NCBI GenBank assembly: GCA_946965045.2 | Contig: OX337233.1 | Coordinates: forward strand, 992,001 to 1,056,000 | Direction: 5' to 3' | Origin: Epithemia pelagica | Lineage: Eukaryota; Protista; Bacillariophyta | DNA: 64,000 bases | Part shown: piece by piece, positions 9,490 to 19,370 of the stretch | Layout of the letters: each line of letters opens with the position of its first letter | How positions within the stretch are numbered: the first letter of the stretch is position 1 | The notes under the pieces: model-generated | What the model saw: only the letters and a program-made list of their open reading frames with translations | Database searches by the model: none | Told to the model about the DNA's origin: nothing | Position numbers and translations under genes: made by a program

Positions 9490-11165
9490 TGCAGAACCAA
9501 CCATGGTACAGCCGGGGCTTGTCCTTTGTAGCCAGAGTCGAATGAAACGTGCGGAGGGTGGATTGCGTTGGTTGCATGAATTGGTTGTGCTTGAGGATCG
9601 TCCCAACAACAAGGGACAAACAGACGTGGTGTTGGGAGGAATTCGAGATGGGCCACCAATTCCGTACATGGATTGAATTTGGTAGAACGATACAAGCAGT
9701 TGACCACCCATGAACAAGAGACAAGGGGAGCATGCTGATGTGGCTTGCAACGGAGGAATTTACGTGATTGGACGATTCGATCGTGGTACGATTTGTCGAA
9801 TCCTCTCATCACGTAGACGCCTCCGTTGTAGGGAACGGATTGAAGGGTACGGTTTGGTGCAAGCACCAAGCATCTCCAAGAAGCATTGGACGATTATTAC
9901 TCGTCGAGCGTTGAATCCACCCATTACGACAATGTAGCGATTGGAAACCGCAACAGAATGATGTGCTGTTGCGGTTCTCAATCTTTACATTGTGGTAATT
10001 AGTCAACACTTGACGAGTTGCAGTCCTTCTGCCGTTGGCAGCAGTGGTGGTGGTGAGTGTTGCATCCACCCATTGCGGCAATGTATCGATTGTGAACCGC
10101 ACCAGAATGTTATGCTGTTGCTGTGCACCAGAATGTTGTGCTGTTGCGGTTCACAATCGATACATTGTGGGAATTAGTGGCAGTAACACTCGCCGAATTC
10201 CAGTCTTCCTGCCATTGGCAGTTGTGGTGGCGGATTGTATGGAATGGATTGACGGACACGGTTTGGTGCAATCACCAAGCATCGAGTGGTGCATCCACCC
10301 ATGACGACAATGTATCGATTGCGTGCGCTGTCGCGGTTCGCAATCGATTCATTGTGGTATGGGTGGATGCAACATGAGGGAATTCTCGCATTTGTCGTCG
10401 GCCGAAGCAGTGGACGACTTCCACTTGTCGAGTGTTGTACCCACCCATTACCATAATGTATCGATTGTGAACCGCAACCGAATGTTGTGCAATTGCATTC
10501 TGTTACGTTTCGCAATCGATGCATTGTGGTAATCATTGACAGCAACACTCGACGAGTTGCAGTCATCCTGCCTTTCGTGGTGATGGAGTGTCTTTGAGGG
10601 GAAACCAGTGGTGGAGAACAGTGTGAGCATCGCCAAGAAGCATTGGATGACTGACACTTGTTGAATGTTGCATTCACCCATTACAACAATGTTTCGATCG
10701 CTTTTGCGGTTCGCAATGAAGATCGAAACATTGTTGTAATGGGTGTATGCAACATGAGGGAATTATCGCGTCTGACGTCGGTTGATATCATTGATACCAG
10801 CAATCGGACTTTCATTGCTGGGCCAAGCAATTGATGTGGACAGTTGGGTGAAATCACACAGCATCTCCAAGAAGCATTGGATGACTGACACTTGTCGAGT
10901 GTTGCATCCACCCATTACAACAATGTTTCGATCGCTGTTGCGGTTCGCAATGAAAATCGATACATGGGTGTATGCAACATGAGGGAATCATCGCGTCTGA
11001 GGTCGGTTGATATCATTGATACCAGCAATCGGACTTTCATTGCTGGGCCAAGCAATTGATGTGGACAGTTGGGTGAAATCACACAGCATCTCCAAGAAAG
11101 ATTGGATGACTGACACTTGTCGAGTGTTGCATCCACCCATTACAACAATGCTTCGATCGCTCTGT
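9490..11165 (+). pseudogene. Degenerate, internally reiterated Kelch-repeat gene mosaic containing a hairpin array
   Basis: Clear DNA similarity to the open Kelch gene at 62714 (segments encoding KGQTDVVLGGIRD, ACNGGIYVIG, VDIIDTSN). It carries many frameshifts, a roughly 234-bp tandem repeat (from about 10675 and 10909) and six fold-back stems. Confidence 0.85.
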
Positions 11166-11266
11166 TTCTGGTTTGACACCATCACCAAGTTATAGAATCT
11201 ATCACAGCGAATACTTCGTGTGGATGATCAACCAGTGAGCTATTGTATTGACTACTCTGCACAGAC

Positions 11267-13965
11267 ATGTTGCGAATCTTGCGATCCACCTACAACCAAG
11301 TAGCCACGCAAGAACAAGAGCAACAGCAACAAGGAGGAGATGGAACCATAATGTCTTCCAACCAGAACAACGAGACAGCCACGGCGGCAGCAGCAACGAC
11401 TTTGTCTTCTCCAGACCCTGTAACCACTGCCACCAAGGCGGAGGTCGTTGTGGAGGAGGATGAGACTTTTGTGATTCATAGTGCTACGCCCGTGGCAACC
11501 GTTGTGACGGACCAGGAAGAAGAAGAAGGAGAAATGGTGGAACCCACAGTGGCGGCCGCCAAGTCTGCCACAACAGATCGACCCATTGTGATTCATTGCA
11601 GTGCCACACGATGGACTCTCTTTGTGCTCGTCCTGTTGGTCCTCGTTGCGACAGCCCTGATTGTACCATTGGCACTTATCAAGGGCCATTCCGGCGAGGA
11701 TAACTTTGAACTACCCTACAATCCTCCCTTCAATGAGAACGACAAGGAACATCAAGTGCCCTTGCTTTCCGAACAAGTACTTGGCGGATATGCAACTCCA
11801 GAGGAATTTGAAGCCGACTTGACCAAAGTGGCAAAATCCTATATCAATGGTGTTGTAGGACAACAACTAGGTGTGGATGCCTATTCCTCCTTTGGATTGA
11901 CGGGTATTGCGGCGATCGATATGATGGCTGACGGTGCTCCTACCATGACCATGAGTGCAACTCCTCGGACTGCGGCGGCTCCTCCTCCGAATCATAAAGA
12001 GAGCGTAGGAAATGATGTCAATGACTTTGAAACCAACAATCAGGAAGATGGAGTACACGAAGGAGATCAAGTAGTAACGGATGGAAAGATTGGTAAGAGC
12101 ATTCTATGATAGTGTGCTGGTCTTGGATACTTCTCCCCCATATCTCACTCTGTTGTACTCGTTTTACATACAGCTGTGGCGTCCTATGGTAGTTCTCTGG
12201 TTTGCTAGAATGTGACGGATGGTAAATTGTTGCTCCAACTGTCCCTGACAGATCAAGAATCCAAAGAAGAAGCACAATATATTCGCATTCACACCCTCTT
12301 ACTCCAAGAAAATCAGTTGGTGGTCGTAGTGGGAGGCGTACGACTTCATTCCCGAATTGAAACGTCACGGATTCTCAATTCGTATCGAGAAACTCGACTG
12401 CTCGTCTATGAAATTCAAACTTTTGAGGATAAACCAGGCGTTGAGCTTCGACTCCTGGAAAGCAAGGATATTCATGGGAGCTATCAATCCATTCGATCCA
12501 TTGGTACGAGTGTTCATGTCGTGACGAGCACGACGCTCGACTTTTTCTTTTTTCTCTTTGAGCCCATGGTGCGCTACCGACCCACCTTTGAGGGTTTGGA
12601 TGACGCTGCCTACACCAATCGAGTCCGAGAAGTGGCGACTCAAGAAATGATTCCCACCTTTGTCAAGCTATTGTCACAAGAACTGAGCGAATGCAACGAA
12701 TTGCCACGCATGGTACGGCTCAACCGATGGGCGACCGAAGCCACACCCAAGGCAGCTTCGGGCTTGGAACACTATCTCTACAATATGGGCTTTGCGCAAT
12801 CACTCATGAGCATTTATTCCTTTGATTTGCAAGACGTTCAATCGGGGCAAGGCAAGGCCTTGCAGTGTCTTCGATCGACGGCCACGTTCTTCCCAGCCGC
12901 GCCATGGAGTACCAAGGTGTACGCCGCCAATGACACGTTGGTAGTAGCCACCGAGGGATATGATTATCAAGCCCCCCAGAAACGCTTTGTCCGTTCCACC
13001 TTTCTTGTAGCCTATGATTTGAATGGAGCAGTCTCAACCCCCAAGGCCCTGGGCAATGTACAAGGAAACGTCATGGGTCAGTACTCCTTTCGTGTCGAGG
13101 ATTCCGTCCTACAAGTGGCCACCACAATCCAAGAGCAATGGACCTGGTGGAGACGAGAACCTGCCTGGTTGTTACGGGGGCGTCGACAACTACAAGAACG
13201 ACAAGATGTTGTGTTCACTGTCCCTAAAACCGAGAATTGGGTCATTACCATGGATTTGCAGGGCAAAAAGGGGAGAATGCAAGAAATGGATCGTCTCAAA
13301 TTGGGAAAAGAAGGGGAAGTCTTTACGACGGTGCGATTCTATAAGGACAAGGCCTATGCCGTTACCTTTCTTCGTATGGATCCCTTTTATGTTCTGGACA
13401 CGAGCGATCCATACAACCTCGCGATTGCCGGAGAACTGGACAATATCACAGGATGGAGCAGTTACCTAGAACCCATGAATGACGACAAATCAGCATGTTG
13501 GCCATTGGTCAAGAGGCGGATGAACGAGGAAGAGTCCTGGGCATGTCCATCTCTGTGTTTGATGCCCGTGCGTTGGACAATGTCCGAATTTCCGCCCGGT
13601 TTCTCATTGAAACGAGTTCCAACATTTGGTCCGATTCCGAAGGGTTGCGAAATAAGAATGCGATTCGGTTCAATCCAGAAACGGGACGGCTCATTCTTCC
13701 TCTGCGCGTGTCGGATTACTCCTCGGATCGTTATTTCCGCGGATTTCGAGTATTCATTGTCAAGGTTGACTCGATTGTCGAAGATGTACCGTGTATGGTG
13801 GACCTTTCAGACTTGAACAACAAGCCGTTTTCTTCTGCATTGGAATCCTTGGAACCACGTGCCATGATCATCCAAGGAAGTTTCATGACTACCATGGGAA
13901 GTCATGTGGTGATGAAAGATCTGGACACATGCGTAACAGATTGGCAGCTGAAACTAGGAGAGTGA
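11267..13965 (+). pseudogene. Beta-propeller domain (PF09826-like) membrane-anchored protein, disrupted
   Basis: N-terminal TM helix (WTLFVLVLLVLVATALIVPLALI) and motifs FETNNQEDGVHEGD, QYSFRVEDSVLQVATT, VRFYKDKAYAVTFLRMDPFYVLD, ITGWSSYLEP and AIRF. Intron 12093-12173. In-frame TAG at 12206-12208 and a frameshift near 13490. Confidence 0.75.
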
Positions 13966-14513
13966 ACTACACCAAAAACAATGCGCGCTCTTTTGTCATG
14001 GATGATCGTACGTTCCACATACCTCCAGAAATGTGATGATTGGACTACCAATTCCCTGCAAGAAACTGGTCCTCGCAACTGACCCCATCCTCCACATTAG
14101 GTTATAATACATAGAAAGTGTAAATTTGCTGCACAAGCTGTTCGGTTTTAGAAAGCAAGGCATTCTGAGAAACGCGAAGGCTTTCGAAGTAGAACTATCA
14201 GCAACGAGACTAAAGAAAGAAACTCGAAAGAGAATTATCCAATCAACATTATGGTATTAAGACTTCTTTCGAATGGACTTGCTCTCTCAACTCGCAATGC
14301 TACCACAGACTCCTGCAGCGACGAATCAGTTCCTCCCGACGGATATGGTTGTCCTAGGCATTACGAACGGTACGAGTCCTTGCGTGTACAAGGGTCCTAG
14401 TAAAATAGAATTGGAGATCTCGTCATTCACCACGTCTGGGACAGACGCCCACCAAAACCAAACGGGTGCTTGTGGGCGGTGGTAACACTATAACTACGAG
14501 TACACCGTTATAA

Positions 14514-17500
14514 CTACGATTTCACTCGAATGGACTTCCTCGTGCCACTGGAGGATCCCCTCTGAATTCTGCGAGCCATGGCCAAACATTCATCCAGGAG
14601 GACTCTTGTTTTCTTTGGTACATCAGTTTCTTCCGCGATTGGCTCTCCGGTAAACGGACGAATCATGTCCTTCTTAACTATACGAAGGCCTCCCATCTCA
14701 CCCATAAAGGCCACCAAAACACGGCCCAATGACGCAATCGTCTTACCCAAGTCCACGTCTTTGGTTTTACATTTCTTGGCTGGCCACCATGGCCATTCCT
14801 CCGCCTTTCTCATACAGATTTCGTCTGTAAATGTTACATCGGCCCACACCTCAGAGGGTCCAGTTTCATCTTCCTGCGTTCGACTACGTTTCTTCCCAGC
14901 GCGATTCCTAGTAGCCTCTTTTTCCCAAGTCGACATTGCATCCATGAGAGCATCTTTTCTTCCGTGATCTTTGCGAGTTTCCCTTCGGCAACGTGAGCGA
15001 ATCCAGCAGTCAACGACGAAAGTCTCGAAAAGGTCTTGCAGGATTTCACGAGCTCTATCCAATCGGACCTCGTCGCCTCCTCGCTTCCCCCGAGACAACC
15101 AGTGAGAAGTGCAGCCTCGGCACAAAGAACAGAGACAGTTTCTTCCCCTTTGCCTTCCCCACTGTCATCTTCTTCGTCAGCTTCTTCCATTTCAGGACCC
15201 TCGAAACCCCCATGTGCTTCCAACACACTTATTCCCGCTTGTCGACTCTCGCTAGCGGCATTTGGATGTAGCAGAAGTAGGGCCGCACGAAGTTCTGCAA
15301 CAACGTCTGAGGCATGGGCTTTTCTGGCCAGCGATATCGCTTTCACCAAAAGTTCGCGGACTTTAAGATGTTGTCGGGAAGATGTACTTCTGAGGCGATG
15401 GAGTTCTCTCTTCCAAGCGACATCCAGCTCACGATTCTGTGCATCTCCAGATCCGTCTGTTGACATATTTTCGTCGGCGATTTCGGCATCGCGGCTCATC
15501 ACCGCAACATTTGAAATATCGGCCACCCTCTCTTCGAGCTCCAAAAGTGGTTGCTTCAACGAGTTCGTCACAGACGTTATAGATTGAAGTCCGGCAGCTT
15601 GAGAATTAGGTGTTTCTCCCCCTCGACGCTTCTTGCCACTCGACATCACAGAGTAGGGAGAATCAGAAATACCCGCCTTCGATCCATTGTCAACCTGGTC
15701 TACATTATTCAATGCACTATACCACGAATGAACAGATGTCTCAACCTTTGTGGTCCATGCGTTTCGCTTGTCCTCTGGCCAGGGGGCGACATCCTCGCAA
15801 GCTTCTTCCACGGAGAGTAATTGCGAAACGAGGATCCCAACAATTCCGGAGCCATCAATATTTCCAGACGGAACGAGATTGCTACACGGAAGATGCGAAA
15901 TTGGTCGGCTGGAAGCATGCTTCTCTCGTGATCTTCTTGTTTCCCTTCGATCAATGCCTGTGTCGAAAGAGCGCAGTACCGTCAAGCCAGTCATATCATC
16001 AGTCGATGAAACAGACACAGAAGGTGCGGGTTGCTTCTCAAACTTATCAAGTTCCGATTGTATTCGGGAAAGTTCGTCTTCTGCTTGGTGAGCCAGTCGA
16101 CCGCTGCGTCTATCTTTTTCGTCACATTTCACTTTTGCTACTTCAAGTCTTTTGTAAAGTGCCTCTTTTTCACGTCGGCGGCTTGATTTTTCAGCTTCGT
16201 CTTTCACATCGTCGTGCAAGTATCGTCGCAACGACTGCTGGCCACCTGCGGGGCCCAGCATGGTTTCGTAGAGATCCTGCTCCCGTTTGCCACGGATATC
16301 AAGACTGAGAGTAAACGAATCAAACAAGGATGATGTTTCAATGACATGCCAAGAGCGACGGTGAAATTGGAACTCTTCCGGAACTGCGAGCTCGGTGGTA
16401 TTTGAAGGGTTGCGTAGTTCCTCTACATACAAAACTTCGGGGTCACGGCGAAAGCAGTAAAGGGCGTTGTGGTTTCGATCGTATCCAACTGGTTCAGTTC
16501 GTGCTACAAGTTGACGAATTCCCTTTTCGTAGGCATCATTGGCTTTTTGTTGCATTCGTAACGCCGTCTCATATTCTTTCTTTGTTGCGGTTGGTTTTGG
16601 AGCTCCTGAGACCTCAGTCGCACCGTTTGTACCGTTGCTTTTGCTTGCCTCGTTGGTATCTTTGTCTCCAGAACCCGAAGTTTCTTGCGGCTTTTTTGGT
16701 TTCGCCGGACCTTCATATGCAAGTTTCACTTTTCGAAACTTTGCATCCGCAGCCTTTTTGGCTTTCAACAACTCGTACATTTTGTCCTCACGAAACGCAA
16801 TTTTCTCCGCCATCCCTGGGTAAAATGCTAGTAAATCATCCGTGAGGGCTCGGAGAAGAGCAAACAACTCCTCTGCTGTGAGTGACCATGCCTCCATTCT
16901 ACCGAGTTTTTCATGAGCACGATACAAAACGCTTCGAAAATCCCCTAGATAAGCACCGTATGCATCGGGGAGAGGAAACGGATCCCTGCCACGCGCTTCT
17001 ACGTTGTCATTTGTTTTTGTGGGTGCTGGTGTCATTGGAATGATAGGTTCATCAATTCGGCCAAACAGGTAGGAAAGATCCGTGTTGAGGGGAGGTAAGA
17101 CTGCCGGATCTCTGCTTGATTCTGTACTATAAAACCGTTCGACCGCATCCATGTAAAGATGACACACGTCAGGCCAACTTCCTGGCGTAAGAGCAGGCAA
17201 AAGGTACTTGTTCAGTTCGAATTGCAACAGCTTTTGAGGGTCTTTTCCGAGAGAGGAAGAGCCAGTCTTTCCATCCTCAGGCGCTCGGCACAAGAGTTGC
17301 AAACACGTGACAAATAAATGCGAAATCAGAGGAGGCACCAGTCGGCTTTTCCTGGCATTCCCATTCAAGAGTTCTTCCGTGGAGTAAATCAGATTAGACA
17401 GGGTAAATTCGGGCACAATCAATGACGAACCGGGTTCCTCAACAGACTTGCCGCCTTGTCCCCGTTTTCGTTTAGTCGTGGGGAGAATTTGCTCTGTGGA

Positions 17501-18055
17501 GTCCGTATCTCCAGTGAAATGCACGTCCCCTCGAAAAAAGTAGTACACCTGGAGCAAATCAGAGACCAGTCCATGGCTGCCATGTGCCAGGGCGTCTGAT
17601 TTGCTGTATCGTAGGACATGATCGGATGTTCTGCCCTGACGGCCCGGATCGTTGAGAGGCAGAACCATTTGCCAGAAATAAGGTACTGTCGGACGGGGCA
17701 TGACGTCTGCAGGTGGTTTCACTCCCAATTCCTTATCCTCCTAATGTAACTTGGTGTCTTCCATTGGAAAACGCCGTTTCCGAATACGATCCAGGCGCTC
17801 CTTTTCTTTTCTCTCAGCTTCTTCTTTCTTGAATAGCTGCTGTTCTTTCTTTTGCATTTGAGAACGTACTTTCTGATACTCCTCCGAACTTACGGTCTTC
17901 TCCAGATCGCGAAGCTTTTCTTTGTTGTACTTCACCAATTCCTTGTACGTTTTGGGTACACGCTTCACTTCTTCGTTGGGGCCTTTGTCTCCTCCATCAC
18001 TCTTCTTTGCTCCATTAGATGAGCACCAGATGATCCAAGATCCAAAAAAGGGATA
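14514..18055 (-). pseudogene. DDT/WHIM/WSD + PWWP chromatin protein, 5'-truncated, with in-frame stop and a copy-specific frameshift
   Basis: DDT-like DLLQVYYFF...EFTLSNL, WHIM1 LTAEELFALLRALTDDLL, WSD RTEPVGYDRNHNALYCF and PWWP EWPWWPAKKC. In-frame TAG at 17741-17743. One A is missing near 14955 relative to the other copy. No ATG upstream of the open frame. Confidence 0.75.
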
Positions 18056-18205
18056 CTAAATGAGGTCTGGCTGTCAACCGACCGGCATTGTCTGTCACAA
18101 TTCACCATTCACAATATCACAACAGATCACAACGATCCTCATCGCGTGTGGCCATGTCACTTCTCTCCAAATTGAAAGGCCATCGCCGACGCAAGCAAGG
18201 ATAGC

Positions 18206-19087
18206 ATGCCTAGAGTCGAAGGAAAGCCGAAAGAACAGCGGCAGCACGGTAGTTTGGGGGACAAAGTGTCTTCACATGATAAGTTGCCCCAAAGGAATCG
18301 AGGCCGACATGGAGCTCGAAACAACAACAAAACGAAAGATTTTGTAAAATGGCTTCAACATACATTTCCTCAAGTATTTTCAAACAACTCAAACGATAGC
18401 GACTGTCCTCCAATCCTTGACGTGGCTGGAGGTGGTAAAGGAGAATTAGCCACACGTCTGGCTTGGTGCCTCCAACGTCGTGTCATTATTGTTGATCCTC
18501 GACCCACCGACGTGGTTGTATGTCTTCAGAAACATGTAATCCCCCAACTTCCGAAAAAGTGGCAAGCTCGGGCGACTTTGCACATGGAAGAAGCGGAGAG
18601 TACTGGTACTAAGCCTTTTCAAAGGATGGAACAATTGGTGCAACAGCACCAGTTGTACTTTACAAGTGAAAGCACTCTACCAGGGATGAAAGCAAAACCA
18701 AATCTTATTTCTGCAATTGAAGAAAGCTGTTTGATCGTTGGAATGCATGCTGACAGTGCTACGGAAGCTATTGTTGACGCCGCTTTGCACTACAAAAAGC
18801 CCTTTGTTGTCGTACCCTGCTGCGTTTTCCCTAATATATTCAACTTTCGCACGGTTCTTGTGGAAGAGTCTGAAGAGGGTGAAAAGTTCTTCCCAATTTT
18901 GAGGTCGAAGGGATACACTGACGACTCAAATGAAGCAGTATCCGGATCACCAACGGCAATGCGACGGGTCAAAGTTAGATCATATGAGGAGTTCTGTGAA
19001 TACATTCTGTCGAAAGATGAGCGGTTTAATTGTTCTACACTTCCCTTTCAAGGCCGAAACTTGGCCATATGGTGGGATGGTTGTTGA
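18206..19087 (+). CDS. Class I SAM-dependent methyltransferase-like protein
   Basis: Motif I-like ILDVAGGGKGEL, VDPRP, and VGMHADSATEAIVDAAL...KPFVVVPCCVFP. The 293-aa ORF is intact and has an identical protein in the second arm. Confidence 0.65.
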   Translation: MPRVEGKPKEQRQHGSLGDKVSSHDKLPQRNRGRHGARNNNKTKDFVKWLQHTFPQVFSNNSNDSDCPPILDVAGGGKGELATRLAWCLQRRVIIVDPRPTDVVVCLQKHVIPQLPKKWQARATLHMEEAESTGTKPFQRMEQLVQQHQLYFTSESTLPGMKAKPNLISAIEESCLIVGMHADSATEAIVDAALHYKKPFVVVPCCVFPNIFNFRTVLVEESEEGEKFFPILRSKGYTDDSNEAVSGSPTAMRRVKVRSYEEFCEYILSKDERFNCSTLPFQGRNLAIWWDGC

Positions 19088-19370
19088 CACAGCGAATGGT
19101 CTTCCGGTAAACATGGACGATCACCTCCTGTCCGACCAACCGTCGCTATCGCTGCAAACTGCAAAAGTCACCAGAGTATCCAAAGTAGCTTCTGCGAATC
19201 ATGTCTAACATGTCTTGTTCTTCGCTGCCTGCGGGGACCTCATGGGACTTCAGTTGCCTTGATAGGGATCTAGGAATGCCTTAGAAAGCGAATCTTCATT
19301 GCAGTAAAGAGTAGTGCCTTGTAGGGACGTTTGGTTATTTGAACACTCAAGGGAATTGAGCATCGCTGTC

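Noticed and set aside
9900-11165. Regularly recurring palindromic units resembling a CRISPR array
   Set aside because: The units are diverged, irregularly spaced and derived from Kelch coding sequence. The intervening DNA is also Kelch or RING-tail derived rather than unique spacers. There are no cas genes and the context is eukaryotic.
9267-11195. Minus-strand ORFs in the Kelch mosaics (and equivalents such as 56217-56762 and 62676-63149)
   Set aside because: They are antisense readings of Kelch sequence. Their apparent IVVMGG motifs arise from the inverted hairpin arms.
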